Of a stretch of 64,000 bases of DNA, positions 50,775 to 62,848 are shown piece after piece. Numbering within the stretch: the first letter of the stretch is position 1; the number at the start of each line of letters is the position of its first letter. The notes under the pieces are model-generated. The model searched no databases. It worked only from the letters and a program-made list of their open reading frames with translations, and was not told where the DNA came from. This DNA is from Lama guanicoe (taxonomy: Eukaryota), in assembly GCA_013239625.1 (NCBI GenBank), contig MU053385.1, forward strand, positions 32,958-96,957, read 5' to 3'. Made by a program: the position numbers and the translations under genes.

Positions 50775-53700
50775 ACCCCCTGTCCTCACTTCTTTTCATC
50801 CTTACCCTGGCAGTACTAGCTAATGCAACAAGCCAAGAAAAGGAAATAAAAGGTATACAGATTGAGGAGGAGAAACTAAAACTCTTTTAGTCTGCAAATG
50901 ACATAATCATCTATGTAGAAAATCCAAAAGAATTAGCTAAAAACAAAAAAGAAAAGAACTAATAACCAATTATAGCAAGGTTGCAAGATACAAGGGTAAT
51001 ATACAAAAATCAATTGCTTTTCTATATGGTAGCAATGAACTACTGGAATTTGAAACTTAAAACACAATACCATTTACCATTAGCACCAAAACTAAATACT
51101 TAGCTATAAGTCTAACAAAATATGTATAAGATTTGTATAAGGAAAACTACAAAACTGACGAAAGAAATCAAAGACCGATTAGGGGATTACTGGTCAAGAT
51201 GGCAGAGTAGCAGGACCAGGAGCTCGCCTCTCCTCGCGACTACAACAAAACCACAACTGACTGCTAGACAACCATCGAAAAAAGACAGGAACCTAGCAAA
51301 AAAGATGATCTTCAACTGGAAACATAAAGAGAGAACCACGTCAGGATGGCAGGAGGGGCGTGCTCGCAATACAATCGGGCCCCATACCTCCGGGTGGGTG
51401 ACCCACAAGCTGAAGAATAATCAGGTTCCAGAGGCCCCCCCACAGGAGTGAGAGCTCTAAGCCCCATGTCAGGATCTCCAGCCTGGGGTTCCGGCACTGG
51501 GAGGGGAAGGAGACTCCAGGACGTCTGGTTTTGAACGCCAACAGGGCTTAATTCCAGAAGCCCCACGGGAGTGGGGAAACAGAGACTTTATTCTCTTGGA
51601 AAGTGTGCACAGAACCACGCATGTGCCAGGTCCAAGGGCAGAGGCAGTGATTTCATGGGAACCTGGGCCAGGCCTGCTTGCTGGTTTTGGAAGGTCTCCT
51701 GGGGACGTAGGGGATGGCTGCAGCTCACCCAGGGGACATAAAAGCTGGTGGCAGACAATCTGAGAGTGTTCCTCTACATGAGCTTTCCTGAAGGCTGGTA
51801 TCTTCACTGGATGATTAGCACCAAGACCTAGCCCCATCCAACATCCCGTAGGGAAGCCTCAGGCCAAACAACATACTAGGTGGGAACACAGCCCCACCCA
51901 TCAGCAGATTTCCTGAGCCACAAACACCTCTAGACAAGGCCCTACCCACCAGAGGTCCAGGACTCAGCTCCACCCGGCAGTGGGCAGGCACTGGTTCCTC
52001 CTGCCAGGAACCCTGCATAAGCCTCTAATCCAGCCCCATCCACCAGGGGCAGGTACTAGAAATAAGAAAACAACAATCCCAAAGCCTATGGAAGGAATCC
52101 ACAAACACAGGCCAGACTCTACACTGGGACCAGCTGGACCCTGGCCCTTGGGTGACAAGAGAGGAGTGTACTGCTGGGACGCATCGGACATCTCCCACAG
52201 AGGGCCACCTCTCCAAGGTCAAGAAACGTAACTAACCTACCTAAAAATACAAACAGAAAGATAAACAATATGAGGCGGCAGAGAAATATCTCCCAGGCTA
52301 AGGCAGAAGATAAAATCCCAGAAGAAGAAATAAGTGATGAGGAAACAGGCAATTTATCTGAGAAAGGGTTTAGAGTAATGATGGCAAAGAGGTTCAGAGA
52401 ATTCAAGAGGAGTACAGATGCACAGAGCGAAGTTTTTGGCAAAGAGCTGGGAAAATATAAAGAATACCCAAACAGAGTTGAAGAGTAAAATCACTGAAAT
52501 GAATAACACACTAGAAGGAACCAAGAATAGACTGGATCAATGAAGTAGAAGACAGATTCATGGAAATCACTACTGCAGAACAGAAAAAAAGAAAAAAGAA
52601 TGAAAAGAAATGAGGATAGTTTAAGAGAACTCTGAGACATGAGGCACACTAATATTCGCATTATAGGGGTCCCAGAAAGAGAAGAGAGAGAGGACCTGAG
52701 AAAATTTTTGAAGAAATACTAACCAAAAATTTCCCCAACTTGGGAAAGGAAACAGTCACCCAAGTCCAGGAAGTGCAGAGTTCCACACAGGATCAACCCA
52801 AAGAGGAACACACCAAGGCACATAGTAATAAAATTGACAAAAAATTACGAATAAGGAGAAAATACTAAAATTAGCAGGAGAAAAGCAACAAAAACGCACA
52901 AGGGAACTCCCATAAGATTAGCAGTTGACTTTTCAGCAGAAACTCTACAAGCCAGAAGGGAGTGGCACGATGTATTTAAAATGATGAAAGGGAAAAACTT
53001 ACAACAAAGAACAGTCTATCCAGTAAGGCTCTCATTCAGATTTGATGGAGAAATCAAAAGATTTACAGGTTAAAAAAAAAAAAAGGCTAAAAGAATTCAG
53101 CATCACCAAACCAGCTTTACAACAAATGTTAAAGGACCTTTTCTAGTCATCAAACCATAAGAAAAGAAAAAAAGAAGGAAGAGGAAAAAAAAAAAGACCT
53201 ACAAAAGATTGCTTTGGTAATTTGGGGTCTTTTATGATTCCATGTAACTTTTGGAATTGTTTGTTCTAGTTCTGAAAAAAATGTCATGAGTACTATGACT
53301 GGGTTTGCGTTGGCTCTGCAGATTGCTTTGGGTAGAACAGCCATTTTGATAATGTTAGTTCTTCCAATCCAAGAGCACAAGATAAGTTGCCATTTCTTTG
53401 TATCATCTTCAGTTTCCTTCAATAATGTTTCACAGTTTTCAGAGTATAGGTAACCTCCTTGGTTAAGTTTATTTCTAGGTATTTTGTTGTTTTTGATGCA
53501 ATGGAAATATTTATGCCAGTTACAAAATTCTAGGTTTTGAAGTGAAAATAAAAAGTGACTGAAGGTCTGCAAATGGCAAAATAGCCTTCTTTCTTGTGGG
53601 TGAGTTGTATTCCATCACGTATATGTGCTGCATCTTCTTTATCCATTCATCTATTGATGTGCACTTGGGTGCTTCCATATCTTGGCAATTATAAATAATG

Positions 53701-55700
53701 TTGCTGTTAATAAGGGGGTGTAGTATCTTTTTGAATTAATTCTTATTTTGTAGTTGGCTTTATTCCTTTGATAACTATGTAAATTTAAAAAGATAAAGCT
53801 CTAAATATTCTTAGAAATAATAGTACAATATGTAATTTTAAAAAAAATATGTGCAGTATATTGTGTGTATGTATTTACATGCAATATGTTGTATATGTAC
53901 AGTCAAATTGTAACAATTCTACCTAATGAAACTGAAAAATGAAAAAATTAAACAAATCAAAGTCCTAAATCAATAATAATCCATGTTCATGGGTAGGAAG
54001 ATTCAATATTGTCACGATGTCAGTTCTTCCCAACTTGATCTATAGGTTCAGTGCAATCCTAAACAAAATCCCCGCAAGTTTTGTGGATATTAGCTAACTG
54101 AATGTTTTCGGGAGAGGAAAAACACCCAGAATAGCCAACATAATATTCAAGGAAAAGGATAAACTTGGAGGACCAATAGTATCCAACTTCAAGGCTTATA
54201 TAAAGCTACAGCAATCAAGATAGTGTGGTATAAACAAAAGAGTCGACAAAATAGATCAATGGGACAGAACAGAGAGCTCAGAAATTGACCCCCATAAATA
54301 TGGTCAGCTGATTTTCAACAGAGGAGCAAAGGCAGTACAATGGAACAAACATGGTCTTTTCAACCTATGATGCTGAAACACTGGACATCCACGTAAATAA
54401 AATGTATCTAGGCACAGAACTTACACCTTTCAGAAAAATTAACTCAAAATGAATCATAGACCTAAATGTAAAACACAAAACTATAAAACTCCTAGAAGAT
54501 AGCATAGGAGAAAACCTAGATGACCTTGGGCATGGTGATGACTTACGAGATACAATACCAAAGGCATGATCCATGGAAGAATCAGCTGATAAGCAGAATT
54601 TCACTAAAATGAAAGACTTCTGCTCTGCAAAAGACAATGTCAAAAGAATGAGAAGATAAGTCACAGATGGGGAGAAAATATTTGCAAATGGCACAGCTGA
54701 CCAAGGACTGTTATCCAAAATATAGAAAGAATTCTTAAAACTCAATAGTAAGAAAATGAGTAACCCAACTGAAAAATGGGCAAATGACCTTAATAGACCC
54801 CTCCCTCCCCAGAGAAGAGAGACAGAAAGCAAATGAGCACATGAAAAGATGCTCCACATCACACATCATCAGGGAAACGCGTGATAAAACAACAAGGTAC
54901 CACTACACAGCTATCAGAACAGCCAAAGTCCAGAATATTGACAGCACCAAATTCAGCAAGGATCAGGAGCAACAGACTCTCTTCCCCCATCACTGGTGGG
55001 AATGGAGATGGTGCAGCGGCTTTGGAAGACATACAAAACTAAATGCAACCTCACCATGTCATCAGCAATCACTCTCCTAGGTATTTACCTAAAGGAGTTG
55101 AAAACTTATGTCCACACTAAAGCCTGCACACGTTTTTAGCACTTAATTCATGATTGCCAGAACTTGGAAACAACCAAGATGTCCTTCAATAGGTGAATGG
55201 ATACATAAACTGTGGTACCTCACTACAAAGAAATGAGCTATCAGGCCACAAAGAGACACAGAGGAACCCTAAGTGAAAAAAGCCAATGAGAAAAAGATAC
55301 AGATTGGATGATTCCCACTGTGTCACATCATGGACGAGGTAGAACTATGGAGGCAGTAAAAAGATCAGTGGTTGCGAGGCGGCGGCGGAGAAGCAAGAGA
55401 GGGGCAACAGGAACAGCACACAGGATGCCCTGGGCAGTGAAACTACTCTGCGCCCCACCATCATGATGAGTACGTGTCCGTGCACATCGTCTAAACCCAC
55501 AGACGGTACGACACCCAGCGAACCCCTTCATGAAGCATGGATTCTGGGTGCCGACGACGCACCATCTCACCGTCAGTTGTAACGAATGTCCCATCTGGTG
55601 CGGTAATCGGAGGAGGCTGCGTACGTGGGGGCAGGGGTTCTATGGGAAAAATCTGTACCTTCCTCTCAGTTTTGCTGTTACCCTGAAACTGTTCCAAAAA
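50775..55700 (+). mobile_element. Older L1 (ORF2 3' half and 3' UTR) split by a younger L1 insertion at about 51180-53950
   Basis: ORF2 text ending '...aaagaaatcaaagac' (about 51176) resumes at '...aaacaaatcaaagtc...ccatgttcatgggtaggaagattcaatattg' (about 53951). Confidence 0.85.
51180..53950 (+). mobile_element. Younger L1: 5' UTR and ORF1 (sense) followed by antisense ORF2 and 3' UTR pieces
   Basis: 5' end 'ggtcaagatggcagagtag' (YY1-like); ORF1 remnant MRRQRNISQAKAEDKIPEEEISDEETGNLSEKGFRVMM; antisense ORF2 WIGRTNIIKMAVLPKAI at about 53205-53500. Confidence 0.85.
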
Positions 55701-55857
55701 AACCCGGCTATTCTAAAGAATGAATGACATTAACAAAGAAAGTTGAATTATCTGACAATACATCTAGGGAAAGTGGACGAAAAAAATACAACGTTTACAG
55801 AAATAAAAGCCACTGTACGTATTTCAAAAATACGAATAAATGCTGTTCAAACCCCAG

Positions 55858-55955
55858 TGGGGGTCGGGGGAGTCTGTAGCTCAGCGGTACACCTTGCTTG
55901 GCACGCAAGGTCAGGGGATCTATCCTCAGAACCTCCATTAAAAAGCAAATAAAAA
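55858..55955 (+). mobile_element. tRNA-Ala-derived SINE, degenerate
   Basis: 'tgtagctcagcggta...gcttggcacgcaaggtcagggg...acctccattaaaaagcaaataaaa'. Confidence 0.65.
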
Positions 55956-56129
55956 CCAGTCAGAAATACAGAACATGTTCTAGAAATGCATACAGAAAAG
56001 AGGTAGAAGTGACGTTGAGGGGACAAGGGATTGTGGAGCACAGATGAGAGAAGAAAACACAGAGCAAAAAATATGTAACTGACAGGACGAAACAATGTTT
56101 TCGAAGGTGCTCCTAACCCCTCCAGACCA

Positions 56130-57050
56130 CAACTCAGGCCCCGCCCCGCCCGCGAGGCCCCCGCCCCGGTCTGCAGTCGGCCGCCTCCCTCCCAGTCTAC
56201 GTCAGGGACAGGCTGTCGTCGTGTCTACGTCGGTCACTCTGCGGTCCGTCAGCGGGTGGCCCAAATAAACGACTGCCTGGCCGTGGCCAGTCCTCACGGG
56301 CGCCGGCCGTGGCCGGGCCGCGAGTGGACGCGCGCCGGGCGTTACTGAGGCCACACGGCCCGGGGAGACGCGCGCTCCCGGGGCGGGGCGGTGAGGCGGG
56401 GCCGCGAGGGCCGAGGCCGCGGCGCCGCCCAGCGAACGTCGGCGCGCTCCGAAGACGTCAGCGCCCGAGCCCGCCCCGCGCACGCGCGCCCGCCGTCCCG
56501 GCCGGGGCTCGCTGGGAGTCCGGCGGGGCGCCGCGTCTGCGCCTGCGCGGTCCCGGACCGTCCGCCAGACTTCCCTCCTCGAATTGAGTAACGGTCGACC
56601 TTACGCCGCTCTGAGGAGCCGACTCCCGGGAAGGGCGGGCGGCCCCGGCAGACAGGTCTGCCCGCGTGGCGCCGCAGGGTGTTGGGCCTTGGGCCGGGCT
56701 ATCTGCCCGCCGGCAGCTCCGCCCCGTTAGGTCGTCCGAGACCCTGGGGAGCTGGGTGGGCAGCTCCTGCGGGCGGGAGCGGAACGCAAGCGGGACAGAA
56801 CCTCGCGGGGCCGCGGGGTCAGGGTTGCCCCGGCGGGGGGAGGGGGCTGGAAGGTCCGGAGGGGGTCCGCGTCCCAGCCCTTGCGCTGTTGGGCTGCCAC
56901 CAGCCCCGGCGCCCACGCAGCTGCGCGGGCGCGCGGTGCCGGCCGCGTTAGTGGCATCTGCCGCCTTGCAGGCTGGCCTTGGGCCGGGACCTTGGAACCA
57001 GGCGGGCCCCCCAGAGGATGGCGTACGAGGAAGGTAGCCACGTAGGAGAA
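56130..57050. promoter_or_regulatory. Orphan CpG island with GC boxes and NRF1-like sites
   Basis: Very CpG-dense; TGCGCCTGCGC near 56538, GCGCACGCGC near 56478, several GGGCGGGG/CCCCGCCC. Confidence 0.7.
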
Positions 57051-57244
57051 CATGCTGTAAAGCCGGAAACGGTGAAAACAGCCTAAATGTCCGCCTGTAC
57101 AGGTGGGCTGAGTGGAGACATTCGGAGAGCGGCTCACAGTGTGGCCGGGAGAAGTTAGCTTGTGCCCGCGCCCGTGGACGTGACACGTATACGCTGTACT
57201 CGTGTGTACGTTGTACACGGAGCTGGTCTTAGCTGAGATGCAGA

Positions 57245-57683
57245 GCTCCGTAACGCACGTTTCCTCCTGCTGCTGCAGGGAGTTAACCACGGACGTATTA
57301 TTCTACACTTCTGGAGGCGGGGAGTCCAAAATGGGCCTCGGGGGGTCGAAGCCACGCTCTCCACAGGGCCGGTTCGTTGCGCGGGCTCCAGGCGAGAATC
57401 GGTCTGGGCCTCTAGACGTTGCCTTCCCCCACCTCCGGAGGGCAACCCCTCCAACCTCTGCTTGCCCTGTGACGCTTCCTCTCTGATTTCCCGCTTTGCC
57501 GCTCTCTCTTATAAGGACCCTCGTGACTACATGGGGCCTATCCGAGTGATCCGGGGCGTTCTCCCCATCTCAAGATCCCTAACGTGGTCATATCTGCAAA
57601 GACCCCTTTGCCACGTAAGGTGACTACTGACACGTTTGGGGATTGACACGCGATGGAGTTGGGGGGCCGTTGTTCCAGCTACC
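57245..57683 (-). mobile_element. MLT1 (MaLR) LTR
   Basis: 'ttctggaggcggggagtccaaaatggg...cttataaggaccctcgtgactacatgggg...atctgcaaagacccctttgccacgtaaggtgac'. Confidence 0.8.
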
Positions 57684-58189
57684 ATTCCCAATATCTCATT
57701 TTTATTTTAAAACGAGTGTATTGTGTGTACAGAAGGAATAGGAGCACATACAGAGACACAGCCTTTGTCTCTGGAAGATGGACATTCTAGGGCCTTCCAC
57801 TTTTTATGTCTTACGATTTTCCTGCAGAAAGCACATTCTGCTCACTTTATGCAAGTCACGTTAAAGTTGGTTTGGGTTCCAGCGCACCCAGAGTCCCCTC
57901 TCTGCCCACCTCCCTTCTGCCTTCCTCCATCCTCGCCAACTCCAGGCTGCAGTAGCCTCTGCCAGAAGCCCAGCACCACTCTCATTCTCCTGCGTCAAGG
58001 TGGGAGAGAGCCGCTCGCTGTCTTCCCTTGACGACTTGTCGACTTGCACTTGCTCTGCAGTGGGGTGGGGTGGTTGTCTGTGCTTAAGGGGCTCACCTCT
58101 GGGAAGCCCCTGGGCTCTCGGGATCCCGTGGCCCCACGTTGGTAGCCCTGGTCTCCTTGCGAGCTCCTCGAGCCAAGGAGTGGCCCCGC

Positions 58190-59580
58190 CAAATAGTCTC
58201 CCCAGGTTGAGTAGCCCTTCCTTTATTCCCCCAGAGACTGGACTCCCAGGCAACCAGTCAGTTCCCTGAGCCTCCTTTGGTACCGTTAGAGGTTGGTTGG
58301 TTTCAGTAGCTGACCATTTGGGCCACATGCTCTTTCTTCTTCTCCAGCTTTAAATTCTTGCTCTTATGTTTTTAACTTACCAGTAGTGAGCCCGTGAAAC
58401 CGTAGGCCCCCATCCTCAACCCCAGTAAAAGCAGAGCCCTGGGCGCCTGCCCTCACCCCACTCCCACCTCGCTTTGCAGCCCCAGGTGTGCCCTGTGCAT
58501 TCCTACAAATGTGAGTAATAAACATTTTTTCCAAGTTTCCTAATGGTCTTTGCTGAAGGGTGTCTTGCAATCATAGTAAGAACCACGAGGGCCAGTCCAG
58601 CCTCAGGATTGGTTATGGTTCAGCCAAAAGGGGCACGAAACAGCGATGTTACAGATGATTTAACCACTTCCCTACTGATAGACATTTAGAGCGTCTGGAG
58701 GTTTGGACGGTTACACAGTTGCTGCAAAAAAGGCATTTTGAGCGTGTATCCTGAGCTCAGGCATGAATATGTCTTTTGACTGATACACAGAAATGGAGGG
58801 GTGTGTCAGTTCTACATAAGCCAAACTGTGCTCCAGAAGCGGACCTCCATGCTTGCTACCTGAAAAGCTGGGTTGGCCTCTTGGTGGATGTCGAGCCCAA
58901 GTGCACAACTGAGCCAAAGATCGGGAGAAGGAAGGATTTATTATTACTTGCAGCACGTAAGGAGAACACGGGGCTTCTTTCCCAAAGCAGTGTCTTCCCA
59001 CAGAGCCCCAGCTTTATTTGATCGGAGTCAGGAGGGTCGGACGAGGTCAGCGCCATCGTCCCTTAGGGCCCAGGGGGCGTGGTGGTTGAGGCTTCAGGCT
59101 GGTCTTTGCCACTGAAACAGAACTGGGAGTCTTTTTTCTTCTTCTTTTTTGTAATTTACCATCTTAGCCATTTTTATTTATTTGTTGTTTTTGTTTGTTT
59201 TGGGGGTGGTAATTCGGTTGATTCAGTTCTTGTAATGGAGGTGTACTGGTGACTGAACCCAGGACCTCGTGCGTGCTCAGCACGCGCTCTGCACGGAGCT
59301 GTACCCTCCCCCTCCAGCACTGGGAATCTTTACAGCTGGTATCTTTGCTGTTGTCACTTGGGTTGCCAGGCACTGTTTCCGTATTCCTGTGTTCACTGAA
59401 GATCATTATACTGAGACCAGTTCAAGGGCAAGCGCTGTGGCCAGGCTTAGACCACAAAATTGCTTAGGGCAAAAATGGCCTCTCGTGTCCAGAAAGCCAC
59501 CCCAGGTTCTCTTTCTCCAGGGACTCCCTACCCTACCTACCTGCTTACTGGCTCATCCAGTTCATCACAGCCACTGCAGA
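58190..59580. mobile_element. Two ERV1-type LTR remnants upstream of RNH1 (plus about 58190-58650, minus about 58780-59580)
   Basis: AATAAA near 58517 with U5-like tail; second element has antisense AATAAA ('gatttatt') and carries a SINE; boundaries approximate. Confidence 0.5.
59185..59312 (-). mobile_element. tRNA-Ala-derived SINE (vic-1-like)
   Basis: 'tggaggtgtactggtgactgaacccaggacctcgtgcgtgctcagcacgcgctctgcacggagctgtaccctcccc'. Confidence 0.8.
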
Positions 59581-59679
59581 TAACCGATGGTCACTCCCAC
59601 CTTTTCCTGTCTGGCGTGTCTCAGGTATTTTCATTTCTGTGCTCTGGGAAACTCCCTGACTGGCCTGTTGGCGGGAGGA

Positions 59680-60720
59680 GGCAGAGGAAGGGAAGACCCG
59701 GCGAGTCTTCGTGGGGGCGGCCGGGCCTCCCAGCGCCTGCAGCCCCACCTCCGGTTGGTGCCCCCTCCCCGCGAGCTCGCCTGCCATCTGTTCTGGGCGA
59801 CACAGTGGTAAATCAAACAGGGACTTGGAAGGTTACGCCTGGGCCAAGCGGAAAGCGGCGAGGGCTTCCCTGGGAGCTTTGGCTCGGCGCACGGCTCAGA
59901 AAAAGGCCCTGCGCCAGGCCGAGGAGGGATGAAGGGCAGGCCGGTCCCTGGGGCCGGTGTCCCGCCGTGGGGGTCGGGTGGGCGAGGGCTACCAGACCTG
60001 GGCCTCCGGGCCGCGCCGGGCTCCGCCGCCTAAGCCCCGCCCCCGAGTCCCGCCCCCGCCCCTGGACCCGCCTCGCCCTCGCCCTCGCCCCGCGGCCCCG
60101 GCGGAAGCAGCGGCTCGGCCCTCGGGTCTGCGGTGGCGACGCGAGGTGAGGTCCGGGGTCCCGGGCGGAGCGGGCGCGGGCCGGGAAGCGGGGCGCGGCG
60201 GCCTCACTTCACTGGCCAGGCGAGCGAACTCGGGTGACCCTGCGGCGTTTCGGGGGCTCCCCGGCCCCTGACCGCCTGCGGACGGCCCCGGGGCCCAGGG
60301 AGGGCGTGGGGGCCGGGGGCGCCGGGAGTCCTCTCGGCGCCGCGTCTGAGCGGCCCCGGCCCAACCCCGCGTTGACCGCGGGTCGCCGGACACGCGGAGC
60401 CTCGGGCCGGCGCGGAGGGCTCGGAGGGCGGCTCCGGCCCCGGGCTGTCCCCGGCGCGCCCGCGCCCCCCGCCGCCCCGCGGGCGCCGCCCCGGGGAAGG
60501 CCCAGGCCAGACCGAAGGCGGAACAGACGCGGCTCCGGTCGTGCGGCGCGGCCGTGCGCGGCGGCCTGTTACCCCGCGTTACTTACGGGCCGTTGTGGAG
60601 ATGCTGGACCCAGGCCTTGGGGCCTGGGGAGCAGCCCAGCTGCTGGTCCCGGTTCCCAGTGAGCGCGTGGGCCCGACGTGTGCTTGCTCCCATCCCGACC
60701 AGGTGCCCTAGCTGAGGGTG
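59680..60720 (+). promoter_or_regulatory. CpG-island promoter of RNH1 with probable non-coding exon 1 ending at 60145
   Basis: CpG island, GC boxes, ETS motif CGGAAG near 60102, strong donor GAG|GTGAGG at 60145/60146. Confidence 0.75.
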
Positions 60721-61515
60721 GTGAGGACGGTTGTACACGGCATCTCTGGGGGGATGTAACGCTTTTTCACGGATTCTGAAAGGGATCAGTGACCCCTGGA
60801 GGTGAAGAGGCGGCCTCCTGGTCCCAAGGGCCAACCAAAGGGATGCCCTGCGGTCCAGCCAAGCTGGGAGGTCGGGCCAGCTGCTGCGTATCAGTTCCCA
60901 GCCTAGAACGGAGTCCCCTAGCGTCACACGGGATTCAGGGAGAGGCAGCAGAGCTGGGACTGGCGCCCCTCAGGGGTCCCTCCGTGCCACCTCCTTCCCC
61001 CCTCCCCTCGGGAGGGGTCAGAATCACCAGCTGTGAGCTCCCTGTTCCTGACTGACGCCTCTCAGGCCTGGATGGAGGATTCTGAGTCAGGGTTTGGGTG
61101 AGCACACTTTGGGCTGGGTGGGGCAGGTCTGGCTTTGCTCACATGCGCTGGGTTTGTCCGTGTGATGGTTGCGTCAGGTGGCCAGTTACCGATGTCCTCG
61201 CCCCAGTTTCTTAGCAGGCCCACCTGCTGGGACGTGCAGTCGTGAGTCTTGCCTGCCCGTTGACAGGTTGGCACGGGGTGGGGGGCGGCCTCTGCTCAGC
61301 AGGAATGCAACTAGAGCCTTGGCCTGGGCTGGCTCTTCTCCCCACTGTGGGCTCCGAACCAGCCTCGGGGTGGGAGGGGGAGCCCCCCTTCAGCAAGGCC
61401 AGGGCCGAGCCAGGCACGGGCACAAGCATGAGAGGAGCGTTGTTCTCAGAAAGCTGGGGTTTCGGGGAACCGAGAACCCGAAACCCCTCGTGGGCCTGAG
61501 TCATCCTGTTTCCAG

Positions 61516-61704
61516 AGACCCGGAATGACACTGTTCCCAGGTGTGACTCTCCACTGAGCGTTCTGTCGCCCCCAGCCCCACCCCCAGTCTCCACTCATGG
61601 CAGCCCGTGGCTCCCTCTCCTGCTGGCCCCCACCTTCGGGGCCACAGTGAGCCCCGGCCTGGGGCTCCGGTTCCTCTTTTATTCAGGCTCTGTGCTTGTC
61701 CCAG
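61516..61704 (+). other. Candidate non-coding 5' UTR exon of RNH1
   Basis: Acceptor tcctgtttccag| and donor CAG|GTGAGG; RNH1 has alternative 5' UTR exons in other mammals; unverified here. Confidence 0.35.
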
Positions 61705-62535
61705 GTGAGGTTTCAGGGTCTGTGTGACCTCCCATCCCATACCTGCTGGGCAAAGGCCTCCTGCTTTTCTCAGCCTGCTTGGTGAGCGGCCTGTCTGGGC
61801 TGGTCCCTCGCTGACCCAAGGTGCGGCAGAGGACATGCCCTGTCCAGAGTCCCGGCTCCCAGAAGGGGATCATGGAATCGGGCACCCCAGGGAATGCACC
61901 GCCCAGAGTGCAGGCCACTGGACCTGGGGCCCCCACCCCACCTGCTCTGTCCTGTCCAGGGCACCTGCAGCTGGTGCCCCTCGGGAACTGTCACCTGACC
62001 ACAGGCACCTGTGCCACCCACCCAGCTGCCTCGGGGCAGTGAGGCCTCAGGTACTCAAGTGCTGGGGGGACTGCGGCTTTGTGGGTGGTCTGCCTGGCCG
62101 GCACAGCCCCCCATTTCCAGTGAGCAGGCAGGGAGAGTTCCATAGCACTTGACAGATGTGGCCCCTGTGCTCCCTTGACTGGGGTCTCCACGCTGTGGCC
62201 AGGCCTGCAGCCAGCCCAGGCAAGTCAGAGGCAGGGCTGTGGGTGGCCAGTGTCAGTGCCAGGGGCTGGGGGAGCAGGGAGCCCAGTGGGCGAAGCTTCC
62301 CTCCACCCACCCCGGCTTTTCTGCTGGAGGCCGAGGTGGATAAAGGATCAAGGAGCTGAGGAAGGGGAAGGAAGCAGGCGAGGGAGAGACTGGCTCCTCC
62401 ACAAAGCTTGGCCGCTTGGGGTCCTGTTTGGATTCCCCTCGCTGTCCCCCCCCCCTCTGCTGGGTCTCTGGCCTCTCGAACCTTGAGAGAATTTCTCCCT
62501 CTGCATCTTGTCTAGGAAAGACTTCACCTCCCGCC

Positions 62536-62621
62536 ATGAACCTGGACATCCAGTGTGAGGAGCTGAGCGACAGCCGGTGGACGGAGCTCCTGCCTCTGAT
62601 CCAGCAGTACGAGGTGGTCAG
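62536..62621 (+). CDS. RNH1: Ribonuclease inhibitor, first coding exon (acceptor at 62515/62516; gene continues beyond the window)
   Basis: [35 protein letters not shown] matches the N-terminus of porcine-type ribonuclease inhibitor; donor AG|GTAGCA. Confidence 0.93.
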
Positions 62622-62714
62622 GTAGCAGCCCCCACGTCACTTCATTTACGGAAGCGTGCTGTGACTTTTGTATGGTTTTTGTGTGGCATAAAATTTTTTT
62701 TTAATTTTCCTCCA

Positions 62715-62848
62715 ACTATTTCTTGTTGTTTTTGAGGGGGGTAATTAGGTTTACTTATTTATTTTTAGAGGAGGATACAGGGATTGAACCCAGGACCTCG
62801 TGAATGCTAAGCGTACGCTCTACCACTTGGGCTGTATCTTACCCTGCC
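62715..62848 (-). mobile_element. tRNA-Ala-derived SINE (vic-1-like)
   Basis: Reverse complement 'gtggtagagcgtacgcttagcattcacgaggtcctgggttcaatccc...aaataaataagtaaacctaattacccccctc'. Confidence 0.85.

Noticed and set aside
54365..54862. 165-aa hydrophobic minus-strand ORF
   Set aside because: Antisense reading of L1 ORF2, a common spurious ORF.
62767..62848. tRNA-Ala-like sequences (also near 26600, 55870 and 59240)
   Set aside because: Stems are degenerate and each has a SINE-type tail, so they are SINEs and not tRNA genes.
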